Origin: Candidatus Krumholzibacteriia bacterium
GTDB taxonomy: Bacteria > Krumholzibacteriota > Krumholzibacteriia > Krumholzibacteriales > Krumholzibacteriaceae
Length of the DNA stretch: 64,000 nt
Reading direction: 5' to 3'
Assembly (NCBI GenBank): GCA_963836185.1
Contig: CAWIIQ010000001.1
Span: 1,952,001 to 2,016,000 of the forward strand
Shown here piece after piece: positions 23,173 to 33,294 of this stretch. Below the pieces are notes generated by a model. The model made no database searches and had not been told where the DNA came from. It saw only the letters and a list, made by a program, of their open reading frames with translations. Numbering within the stretch: position 1 is the first letter of the stretch; each line of letters starts with the position of its first letter. The translations under genes were made by a program, and so were the position numbers.

Positions 23173-24780
23173 ATGGCGATGATGAAAAGGATATCGATCA
23201 TCACTCTCATATCGGCAGCCGTGCTCTCGGCCGCGGCGCCGTCATCTGCCGTCAACAAGCTCGAAGGGTTTTACGAGGTCGAAGCCTCCTTCCAGCGCCA
23301 GCAGAAGATCTGGCGATTCGGGCCTCCAGGCGGCGAAGGGATGCCCAGGCACTATCTCGAGCTTAAGTGGCTCAGCTGGCCTTCGGACAAGCTCGAGATG
23401 TACTACAAGCTCCGCGCCCAGTCTAACCGGGACGACGGCCTGACCCAGGAAGTCGAGTACAAGCGGCCCGAATACCTGTCAGCCGAAGGCCACATAAAGC
23501 TTCACGGCGATCTCTGGGAGACATACATCTTCGCCAGGGAGAACAGGTTCTGGATCAATGACGATCCCCTCCTCAAACTTGTCGACCAGAACAAGCTTAA
23601 GAACGACAACTGGGGGCCGCAGTCGAGCGGGATCAGGGCCGATTTCTGGAACAGCAATGTCGGTCCGGTACACGGCCTTAACGGAACGCTTATCTACAGT
23701 GATGACGGCGGAACATATAACTGGTCGGACGATCAAACAGAGACGGTTGCCAACGGCACGGATAACTTTATCGCGAGACTCCAGAAGAACTCGTTCAACA
23801 GCAGGCTCGAGATCGGCGCGATGTTCCTGAGGAAGGACTGGACCAACACAAGCGCGGACCGGCAGTACACGAACCTCCAATACAACCAGGTCGGGGCGAT
23901 CGACGTCTCCTTCTACCCGAGGGATTTTGTTTCCACCGGCCTCTCACTTGGCCCCGTTAACCTCGAGAATACGAGCTGGATCGTCCAGTACGCACTCAGC
24001 GACGATCCCTACGTGATAGAAACGAGCGATATCAGAACGGATGAGAACAAGTACGCATTCTCTGCCGAAATAAGAAATATCCGGATAAGAGATTTCACAT
24101 TCCACACCTGGTACAACGATTTCGGAGAGAATTTCAGGGACTATATGTCTTACAGGTTCGATGATGCCCGCGAATACAACCGTGAGCAGGTTCACGCCGA
24201 GGCGATCTTCCAGGTACCTAAAAAAGCTGTCACGGCTACTCTCTCGTACGACTATTACCAGAAGAAGATCGTAGACGAGGAAGGCGGAGGCCTGCGTCCG
24301 ACTACAAACTGGTACGGCGACATCTACATCGAGTTTATAAAAGGATTCAAGGCGAGACTCGCCTACCAGAGCTGGCACGGGTTCGACGCTTCGGGCGAGG
24401 TATATGATTTCACTACATATCCGAACTGGTACGCCGACCTCTCCGTCGAGAACAGGCTCGTCAAGGTCAGGGTCCAGGGAAGGATCAGGGACTGGAACAC
24501 CTTCAGGCAGGTGTGGGCATTCGGTTACGACATGGAATTCAACGCGACGGGAAAACTGAAGGGTTACTTCAGGATACTCAATGTAAACGAGCAGACCGAG
24601 GCACGCTCCACCCTCTTCGCGCAGATAAGATACGATATCGGGTACGGCGCCGAATTTTTCCTCGAGTACGGCAACGGCGGACAGAGCGAGCACCTCGTCA
24701 GAACGGACTATTTCGTCAACGAGGGCAGCAGTGACAGGCTCGATCATGTGCTCAAGGCATTTATGAAGCTTTATTTCTGA
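23173..24780 (+). CDS. Putative outer-membrane beta-barrel protein, unknown family
   Basis: Signal peptide, Tyr/Trp/Phe-rich amphipathic strands, BAM-type C-terminal signal KAFMKLYF. Confidence 0.65.
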   Translation: MAMMKRISIITLISAAVLSAAAPSSAVNKLEGFYEVEASFQRQQKIWRFGPPGGEGMPRHYLELKWLSWPSDKLEMYYKLRAQSNRDDGLTQEVEYKRPEYLSAEGHIKLHGDLWETYIFARENRFWINDDPLLKLVDQNKLKNDNWGPQSSGIRADFWNSNVGPVHGLNGTLIYSDDGGTYNWSDDQTETVANGTDNFIARLQKNSFNSRLEIGAMFLRKDWTNTSADRQYTNLQYNQVGAIDVSFYPRDFVSTGLSLGPVNLENTSWIVQYALSDDPYVIETSDIRTDENKYAFSAEIRNIRIRDFTFHTWYNDFGENFRDYMSYRFDDAREYNREQVHAEAIFQVPKKAVTATLSYDYYQKKIVDEEGGGLRPTTNWYGDIYIEFIKGFKARLAYQSWHGFDASGEVYDFTTYPNWYADLSVENRLVKVRVQGRIRDWNTFRQVWAFGYDMEFNATGKLKGYFRILNVNEQTEARSTLFAQIRYDIGYGAEFFLEYGNGGQSEHLVRTDYFVNEGSSDRLDHVLKAFMKLYF

Positions 24781-24783
24781 TAG

Positions 24784-26964
24784 ATGAGAGAGGAAACGAT
24801 GTTTCCAGTATTCGCAGCAAGGAGACTGACAGTGAAGACAATCGAAAGGCGCGGCCCCGGTATCACCGGATCCGGCAGGTGCGCGCGTGATCGAAGGACC
24901 GCATCGGGGAGGAACAAGACCTTCACGGCTATTGCGTCGGTGGCGGCATCGCTTCTGGTAATGCTGATGCTGCTGTCGGCGATATCCGGTCCGGCCCTGG
25001 CGTCCGTTGAAAAGGGTGACGGCGGAACGAAGTTCTCCTACAACGATCCCGAAGCGGGAGCCGTCTTCCTCGCCGGTACGTTCAACGGATGGAACGCCAC
25101 ATCACACCCGATGGAAAAGCTCAAGTCGGGGACGTGGGTCATCACTGTCGAGCTGGGGCCTGGAACGCACGACTACAAGTTCGTCGTCGACGGGGCCTGG
25201 ATCACAGACTTCGAGAACCCATCAAGCGCCCCTGATCCATATGGCGGGGTGAACTCGATCGTAACGCTCGATAACGAGGGCAATATCCTGGTCGATGCAG
25301 GCAGTGAGGAAAAGAAGATCGCCAACACCGCTTTCAGCCCGAGGGTAAATTTCAACGGCTTCTTCCTCTTCCGCGCGCCGATATACAAGAACTTCGACGG
25401 CGACGATCGCTGGAGGATGTTCAGGCCTGAGTACGGTTTCGACCTCAACTCGATCATAACGATCAACGAGCAGGTCGAAGGATACGCGAGACTGAGGGTA
25501 GATTCCCCCAGCAACCTCGCTAATGTAAACGCCGTATCTGCCTGGCTCAACGAGGCGCATATCAAGATCACGCCTCCCGGGATCATGGACCTTAACGGTT
25601 ACTACAACATGGAGGTCCTCTGGTCCGAAGATCCCCTGACACTTTTTGGCGATGAGGATCTCGAGGGAACGATATTCGACGATCATCTCAAGATAGGAAA
25701 AGGAACCGCCGGCATCGTCTTCAACAGCGACTGGCCGAAATTCGAGTTCAGGTCTTTCGCGGCAAACACGCATGACGATGATATCTACAACGATCCCGAC
25801 CTGTACGATAACACTGGTACGGACCAGGTGACCCTCCGCGGCTCGCGAAGGTTCGGATGGTTCAGGCCGGGGATCGACTACTTCCTCGAACAGAACATCT
25901 GGTGGCTTGACATGACCGACAGGATCGGAAGCACACCGTCGAATACGGGCATCCCGCGGCTCGATGAATATATAGACGCAAGCGGGGACCCGAGCGACTG
26001 GTATGAGTTCCAGGGGAAAACGTGGTATGTCGGCATCGACGCCTACCTTTATTTCCTCGACGACAAGTTTGTTCCCGGCATACAGTACATGCGCGGTGAA
26101 GCTGGACAGGGATTCGTGACGAGCAACAGCTCAGGGCTCGATTTCGAGAACGGCCCTATCGACGTACCCATAGCGGACAGGGATGCCACGATATATCACG
26201 TGGAAATGCCTTTCAGGGGCATTGAGAACCTTTTCCTTAACGCCGAGTACAATCGCCGCGAACTTCTCGGAGTGGATTCCGACGAATCCCTTATCACGCC
26301 CGTATTCCTCCCCAATGACGAAGCTAACAAGCAGATCTATTTCGACGTCGACCAGAACCCTCCCGCGTACACCCGTGATTACGGCGAGTTCGAGGCAAGA
26401 TGGACTAAGGACGGCCTCGACGCAAGGCTCTGGGTAGAGCGTGAGATGGAAAAGTATGACCGTGCGGACGAGGATCTCAGCGCTTACCAGTACAGGCTGT
26501 CCGTTTCTCCTGGAATCAAGCTAACCCTCTGGGATGCTTTTGATCTCGGGTTCGAAGGGAAGTTCTCCAATCTCGACGGCTCGAAAGAATTCGATATGGA
26601 CGGCAACACCTACGAAGGGATATTCAGGGGAGCCTGGTGGTTGACAAGCAAGTTTGCCTTCATGTGCGATGTAAGGATAATCAATTACTCGCTCGATGAG
26701 ACCGAGACTCGGGGAGACTTCAGCGATACCTTCTATAATCCTTTCGTGGGATTCGAGTACCGCTTCCTCAAAAAGGTAAACCTCGTCTTCGCATACGGCG
26801 TCGATCCTGTCACCTTCGACAGGGATTACGGCGGAAGGCAGACTGGAAGATGGGACTTCAGACAGGCCTACATGTGGGAGAACCCGGACGCCACGACGGT
26901 AGACGCGGAAAACGCTCTTAACGATGTTCAGGCATTCACACTCAGAGCGACATTCCGCTTCTAG
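24784..26964 (+). CDS. CBM48/AMPK-type glycogen-binding domain fused to a putative outer-membrane beta-barrel
   Basis: After the signal: AVFLAGTFNGWN...LGPGTHDYKFVVDGAWITD..NP...PDPYGGVNS. Then about 500 aa of barrel-like strands ending LRATFRF. The exact start codon is uncertain. Confidence 0.75.
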   Translation: MREETMFPVFAARRLTVKTIERRGPGITGSGRCARDRRTASGRNKTFTAIASVAASLLVMLMLLSAISGPALASVEKGDGGTKFSYNDPEAGAVFLAGTFNGWNATSHPMEKLKSGTWVITVELGPGTHDYKFVVDGAWITDFENPSSAPDPYGGVNSIVTLDNEGNILVDAGSEEKKIANTAFSPRVNFNGFFLFRAPIYKNFDGDDRWRMFRPEYGFDLNSIITINEQVEGYARLRVDSPSNLANVNAVSAWLNEAHIKITPPGIMDLNGYYNMEVLWSEDPLTLFGDEDLEGTIFDDHLKIGKGTAGIVFNSDWPKFEFRSFAANTHDDDIYNDPDLYDNTGTDQVTLRGSRRFGWFRPGIDYFLEQNIWWLDMTDRIGSTPSNTGIPRLDEYIDASGDPSDWYEFQGKTWYVGIDAYLYFLDDKFVPGIQYMRGEAGQGFVTSNSSGLDFENGPIDVPIADRDATIYHVEMPFRGIENLFLNAEYNRRELLGVDSDESLITPVFLPNDEANKQIYFDVDQNPPAYTRDYGEFEARWTKDGLDARLWVEREMEKYDRADEDLSAYQYRLSVSPGIKLTLWDAFDLGFEGKFSNLDGSKEFDMDGNTYEGIFRGAWWLTSKFAFMCDVRIINYSLDETETRGDFSDTFYNPFVGFEYRFLKKVNLVFAYGVDPVTFDRDYGGRQTGRWDFRQAYMWENPDATTVDAENALNDVQAFTLRATFRF

Positions 26965-26982
26965 TCCGGAGAGAGAATCGAC

Positions 26983-27402
26983 ATGATGTTGAAGAATATA
27001 TCAAGAAGGACGATTATTGCGGCGGCATCAGCGACACTGCTCATGATGACCGTATCCGGCTGTTTCATGACCGACATGATCCGTAACCGTCTTCCGGCCC
27101 CACACTCAACCGACAAGGGGATCTTCTTCCAGTATGATGCGCCATCGGCCAAATCCGTCAACCTCGCCGGTAACTTCAATAACTGGGCCGGCACCCAGGG
27201 CTCCGGAAGGTTCGACCCTACGATCGATCCGATGACCGACGAGGATGGAGACGGGATCTGGGAGATCTACAAGGAGCTCAGACCTGGCCGATACCAGTAC
27301 AAGTACGTGATCGACAACGGCACCAGGTGGGTGCTCGATCCGAGCAATCCGGACCAGGGCGAGGAAGGCGGATTCGTCAACTCGCTGATAATCGTCAAGT
27401 AG
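26983..27402 (+). CDS. Lipoprotein consisting of a CBM48/glycogen-binding domain
   Basis: Lipobox VSG-C; AKSVNLAGNFNNW...MTDEDGDGIWEI..ELRPGRYQYKYVID..RWVLDPSNP...GGFVNS. Confidence 0.85.
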   Translation: MMLKNISRRTIIAAASATLLMMTVSGCFMTDMIRNRLPAPHSTDKGIFFQYDAPSAKSVNLAGNFNNWAGTQGSGRFDPTIDPMTDEDGDGIWEIYKELRPGRYQYKYVIDNGTRWVLDPSNPDQGEEGGFVNSLIIVK

Positions 27403-27422
27403 ATCACTTTAAAAGTGTAGAT

Positions 27423-27462
27423 AAAGAGGCCGCACCGTCTATGACGATACGGCCTCTTTTTT
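27423..27462. terminator. Bidirectional intrinsic terminator between the convergent arms of the alpha-glucan locus
   Basis: AAAGAGGCCG...CGGCCTCTTT followed by TTT. Confidence 0.75.
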
Positions 27463-27478
27463 ATCTTATCAAGCAGTT

Positions 27479-30400
27479 CTACTGCAGGACCAGTATCGCG
27501 CCTGAGAGCTGTTCGATTCCTATATCGAGAACTCCGCCTGTGACTGTGTAGCTCCCGCCTCCTAGTTTGTCGACCAGCGTCGCTCCATCGGCGAATCCGA
27601 ACCCTCCGAGATCTAGCTTTACCGTCGCCTTCGCGCCGCTGTTGTTCAGGGCTACGACGATCCTGTTCGCTTCGTCTTCCCTGATGAAGGAGTAGAGTTT
27701 GCCGTCGGCCAGTACCGTCTGGAAAGTACCGGTTCGCAGAGCGGGATACTCTTTCCTGATCCCAATGACCTTGCGATAGAAATCATGTACCTTTACTCGC
27801 CTGGGGCTCTCTTCCCAGTTCCACGGGAAGGTGCGCCTGCAGTCGGGGTCCTTGCCGCCTCTCATACCCACCTCGTCTCCGTAGTAGATCTGCGGGAATA
27901 CCGACGTAAGTCATCTGGAAGAGTGTCGCGAGCATCAGCCTCTCCGACTTGTTACCGGCGGTCGTCAGGAAGCGCTCCGTGTCATGGCTGTCGACCAGGT
28001 TCATCATCACCTGTGTCGCCTGGAGAGGATAGAGAGAACGTCCGGGAGCGAGCTCGTTGTCGAGCTGAGCCGCCGAGCCATGTCCCTGAGCGAAGAACTT
28101 CAGAACGGGGTCGCGGAAATACTTGTAGTTCATCGTCGAATGGAAGCCGTGAGGACCCATCCACGGCATCGCGTTCCCCCATATCTCACCGATCAGGAAG
28201 GCGTCAGGCTTGACCTCGTCGACTACCGTGCGGAACTCCTTCCAGAACCAGAAGGGGACCTCGTTCGGAACATCGAGCCTGAAGCCGTCGATGTCGAGTT
28301 CGCCGAGCCAGTATCTCGCTACCTCCCTGAGGTACTCGACGAGGGGCTCGTTCACCTTCGCCTCGCTGATATCGGTTATCGCGTTCTCCTGGGCATTGGG
28401 CCTCGAGAGATCGAAGTTGAGGTTGGGGTGGATACCGAATCCCCACCAGCAGTCGTAATAGTCGAGGGGGTTGGGAATATCTCCCTCGGGAAGGGGCCAG
28501 CGCTTGAACTCGTACCAGTTCCAGTATTCCGACTCGCGTCCCTTCTCGACCGCGTCGAGGAAGGCGAAGAAATAGTTGCCCGTATGGTTGAATGCCTTAT
28601 CGACGATGATTCGGATACCGTTATCGTGGGCCTTCTTGACGAACTCCTTGAAGGTCGCCTCATCGGCGAAGTGCGGATCGAGCTTCTTGTAGTCCATCGG
28701 GTCGTACTTGTGATTCGACCTCGCTTCGTTGAGAGGGTTGAAATAGATGATCGTCACGCCGAGGTCAGCGAGGTAAGGTATCTTCTCCATGACGCCGGCT
28801 ATGTCACCGCCGTAGAACGAGTAGTAGTCCGGCTTGCCGTCTGTCCTGTAAGGGCTGCGGGTAAGGCCGCTCACATCGTACCAGTTCTGAACGAAGTGGA
28901 AATACTCGCCGTTGGTCTGGCCCGACTCGGGAAGCTCGGTCACATCCTTATAGTAGAACTCCTTGAAATCCGGGTCGTTCGACTTGTCGCCGTTGGCGAA
29001 ACGTTCTGGGAATATCTGGTAGAAGACTCCATCCTTGGCCCAGTCAGGTGTAAAGAAGGGAGGAACTTTCTCTGAATCGTAATGGAACATCTCTCCTTCA
29101 GCCTGCCTCTCCCCCACGAAACCCTTAGGGGTGGCGAAGAAGAGCTCACCGCCGTCGGCGAAGACGAACATAAAAGAGACCTTCTTGCTGGCAGGGACCT
29201 CGAGGACATGCCTGTAGTACTGGAAGACGACGTCCTCGCCATATGGAGTCATCTCTACGATATCCTCAGCCCCATCGACTACGTAGAGCATCTGAACGGT
29301 CTCTACATCGCCCAGGTGCGCACGGGTCTTGAACTCTATGGCGTTCTCCGAGAGCGGGTTGACCATCGAATAGTCCATAACGAGGGAAATATCCTTGTTC
29401 ATCATCTCGCCGTCGCCCAGTTCGGTCTTTATATCGTCGTAACGGTCATCGACGACGATGACCGAGTTCTTTCCGCCGAATCCATCGTCCTCGAAATCAT
29501 CGGCCCCTTCATCGGTCATCCAGTTCCCGTCGACGACGAACTTATACTGGTGCCTGCCTACGGGAAGCATCAGCGTGGCCTCGTAGGCGCCGTCGCCGTC
29601 ATCGTCGGTCATCCTCGTCTTTGAATCGTTCCAGTCATTGAACGTACCTGCGAGGAATATATTGGTCACGCCGCTGATCACCGGCTGGAACCTGAAGGTG
29701 ACCTCCTTCATCCCCTGCCCAGCCGCAGCCGCGCCGGCTCCGGCAGCACCCGCCGCGGCGGGCACTACACCCTCGATCCCGTCGGGGACCTTCGAGTACA
29801 TACCGACTATCATCGGTGTGCCGGCCACCACGGTTAGGACCGAGTTCTGTCCCCCGAAACCGTCATCGACGAAACTGGCAGCGTTCTCGTCTGTAAGCCA
29901 GTTGCCGTTATCGACGAACTTGTAGTGGTACTCTCCCGGCGCCATATTCTTGACGAGGACATGGATCCCGTCTCCGTCATCATCGCTCATCATCTCGGCG
30001 GTCGGGTCCCAGCCGTTGAACGAGCCTGCCACGAATACCTGTGAGGTCTTGCCCTCCCCTACCTCGAAGAGGAATGTGACCCTGACTTCGCCTCCAGACG
30101 CGGGCTCTGCCGCAGGTTTCGCGGCAGTTTTCGCGGCGACCGCCCCTCCACCCGCGGCGATTCCGACGACCAGCGCTTTCCCGTCGGCAGGAACGTCGAC
30201 TACCGAATTCTTGCCGCCATATCCGTCGTCAGTCTCTGCCGCCGCTGCGGGGTCGGCCTGCCAGCTGCCATCGACGACGAACTTATACTGGTACTGGCCC
30301 GGCGCCAGTTTCAGCGTCATCTCATAAATACCGTCCTTGTCGTCATCCTTCATCAGGTCCTTGTCGGAGCTCCAACTGTTGAACGAGCCGGCGAGGTAGA

Positions 30401-30521
30401 CCGCTCCAGGCGACCCGCCGGGCTGAAAGGTGAATGTCACCTCGGCATCGGCGGCGCTGACGGCGGAGGCGGATAACACAAAGGCCAGAAGCAGTATAAT
30501 CGTATTGAAAGAACGGAACAT
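27479..30521 (-). CDS. GH13 neopullulanase/cyclomaltodextrinase-like alpha-amylase with signal peptide and three tandem CBM48 modules (frameshift ~27892)
   Basis: FYQIFPERFANGD, GGDIAGV and SNHKYD; conserved regions DKAFNH, GFRLDV, GEIW and LVDSHD; C-terminal GGKDPDCRRTFPW. Three LAG(S/T)FNxW...YKFV(V)DG repeats. Confidence 0.92.
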
Positions 30522-30577
30522 GACTCTCCTCCAGTCTGAGTTTCATTGAATAGAATGCGGATTCATGTGACATGGGG

Positions 30578-30606
30578 ATTATCGGCTATAAATTTGTCTG
30601 ATTCAA
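30578..30606 (-). promoter_or_regulatory. Candidate sigma70 promoter of the GH13 gene
   Basis: Minus strand TTGAAT, 17-bp spacer, GATAAT, in an AT-rich stretch about 55 bp upstream of the ATG. Confidence 0.4.
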
Positions 30607-30735
30607 GTTAAAAGGATTATTAAGGAGAATCCTCTCGAACTGATGTGGGCTCCCGGGGTGGTAAATTTCCCACCGCCACCGGTGGCGGTAAAAATCCTGC
30701 CACTTCGGGAGAATCCAGATCATAGCATATATATC

Positions 30736-30777
30736 AAAAGACCCGGCCGAAGAGCCTTAGAGCTCAACGGCCGGGTC
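30736..30777 (-). terminator. Intrinsic terminator
   Basis: Minus strand GACCCGGCCG...CGGCCGGGTC followed by TTTT. Confidence 0.8.
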
Positions 30778-30811
30778 ACAGTCGATCAAGACTGCTTAAT
30801 GGAACTGCGTC

Positions 30812-33241
30812 CTACCTCAGAAGGATCATCTTACGGCTCATCTCGAGATCTCCTACCATGAGACGGTAGAAGTAGACTCCGCTCGATATCTGCCTTCCGT
30901 GCATGTCCGTCGCGTCCCACGTGACACTGACTTCACCCGCGGCTACTACGTCGTCGACGAGCGTCTGAACGAGCTCACCCTTGACGTTGTAGACGTTCAG
31001 GACGGCCCTGCCCCTCTCCGGCACGCTGAATGTGATCGTCGTGACTGGGTTGAAGGGATTGGGGAAGTTCTGCTTGAGAGCGAACGGGATCGTCGGGGTC
31101 TCCTCGGTTACATCGATCCAGCACGTGTTGAAATATGCCAGGTCGAGTATCTGTGGACTCCCCAGATCGTCGTACGCCTCGTCGAGATAGAAGCTCCTGT
31201 TCGCCTGCGTGGAGCACTCGTATGTAGAGTTCATCAGGTACTTGAACTCTACGAACTTGCCTGACGAGTCGGGGAAAATAATCGATGTCGCGTAGATACC
31301 GTCGCCCGCTGTATCGTCCGGCCCGGTCCCGTCATCGGCCATAGGATTGATCGAGGGGATCGCCCAGCTGAGCACGAGCGGAAGCTGGTTGTTCTCGTTG
31401 CCGTTTACCGCGATCGTATCGCCCGCTCCCGGCTTGACCCACCTCGTGTCGACCTTGAAGACGACCTCGATCGCTTTTCCGATCGTGCTGCAGCGATCGT
31501 AGTACTGCAGGGGCATCACGATCGGGCCCATTGTTCCGCCTATCGTATCGAACTCGGCGTCGTTGAGCCATACGTTCCTGTCGCCCTCGAGCTGACACTC
31601 GTAAACGTCGTTATAGACATACTTGTACCCGACGTTCTTCGGAGAAAGGGGACCGAACCTGACAACGAGGGAATAGATGCCGTCAGCTGCCGTGGCATCG
31701 GGATAGATCCCGTCGTCGGCCATCTCGTTGAGAGAGGGTACGTCGAAGCTCAGCGGCGCGGCGTTTCCGTTAATCGCCATGATGCTGTCGAGAGTCGCGC
31801 CGTAAGTGTTGGCATCGACTGTAAAGACCACGTCGATGGCGTGGGCGGTAAAGCTGCCCGCGTCCTCATCGTGCCACCAGTACTCGAGTGTATCCCACGG
31901 GCTGTCATCAGTGATCAGGTGGGTCCTGTTCGCTGCGAAGGGCTCGTACTCCGAGCACTGGTGCGCGAACTTCCACTCGAGGGTGGTGTCTGGCTACTAC
32001 CCACGAAGATCCCTGCTCTTCTCCGAGAAGGGAGAACGAGGCATAGCCCACATAGATGCTGTCGCTGTTGTCTGCAAGGAACATGTTGTCACAGAGCCCG
32101 AATGTCAGCGGAGCGAGGCTGCCCTCCACGGTAAAGGTATCGACCGCCGGAGCGACCGAATGCTGCCTCATGTGAAGGCCCATAAAACCCTTCCACATCA
32201 GGCCCTTGTAGAAGAACGCACCCATGTTTGTCAGGCCGACTGGATCGTGGACGATCGGGTTGCCCGCGAGATCCTCCACGTTGGAGACGATGACGGAATA
32301 GCTGGCATATGCAGGTGATATCGAGGCATCGAGCTGGATAGTCACCCTGTCGGGGAATGTCGCGTTCCTCGTCACGCTCGTGATACTCGCAGAGGTACCA
32401 CTGATCGAATAGTTAGTTGTCGTCTCAGCGGTTGTCTCGTCTACAGGTTCGCTGAACTTAACGACGAGAAGATCGGTGCTGAGGTCCCCGCTCGCCTGGC
32501 CCTGTTTGCCCTCGGCGTAAAAAGCGTCTACTGTCGGGGCGATATTGTCCGCCGACGACTGGATGATATACATGAACATCGAGTCGAGTTCGACAGGTGC
32601 CGTACGTCCATACCGTGGGGCCGCCTGCTACGCTGAGCTGGTCATCGTCCCCCGCCATCAGGTCCAGGGGACCCTTGGTCGATCCGTCCTGTGTCGAGAT
32701 CACCTCGAAGTAGATCGTATCGCCCGGAGCCAGCCCCAGGTCGCTGAGGTTGAGGCCGAACTCCTCGAATCCTGTGTTGTTGACCCAGCCAAGCGAGCCT
32801 GTTCCGGCATAGACAGCCGGGTCCCAGGTTGAACCGGTGTCGTCCCAGTGCCTCAGCTCCTGCCACAAGTTGTCCAGGTTGACGTACGCGTAGAAATCCG
32901 GTTTGTGAGGAGCGTTCGTCCAGGCTATCGCCCGTCCCCACGGATCGGTTGTGCCTCCAGGTTCGCCCGTCGAGATGGCGATCCCGACCTGGTTGGTCGT
33001 CCAGCTGCCCTTGTCATACTTAATACCGAAATATAAGCTTGTTCGTGTCGTTCGTCACGAAGATCGAGTCGAGGTCGAGCTCGGCGAACTCAGTATCGCC
33101 GCCGTCCGCGTCGATGAGATTACCAACGAGGAAATCGTTTGCCCCGTCGACGACGATCGTCTGCGGAGTCGCCGCCAGGACCAGTCCAGCCATGACGAGC
33201 GCCGCGAGAAACATGAATCCGAGATGTTTTCTATAATTCAT
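30812..33241 (-). CDS. Secreted non-catalytic protein: DOMON-like, SbsA/Big-5 Ig, three CBM20-like repeats (two with choice-of-anchor X) and FlgD/T9SS type-A tail (multiple frameshifts)
   Basis: Fragments 33020-33241, 32458-32868, 31908-32579 and 30812-31831. Motifs VKFSEPVDETTAETTTNY, MADDG..PD..A.DGIY (twice), EFKY...YEC...NR, and tail KQNFPNPFNP...SRKMILLR. Confidence 0.72.
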
Positions 33242-33294
33242 CTCTTTCCGCCTCCTCCTTTCAAGAGTCCCTTGACCCTGCTGAAACTCGTCTC

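Noticed and set aside
29440-30440. Recurring GACGACGAACTTATACTGGT-like sequences as a CRISPR or tandem array
   Set aside because: They are the coding repeats of the three CBM48 modules, with spacing of hundreds of bp.
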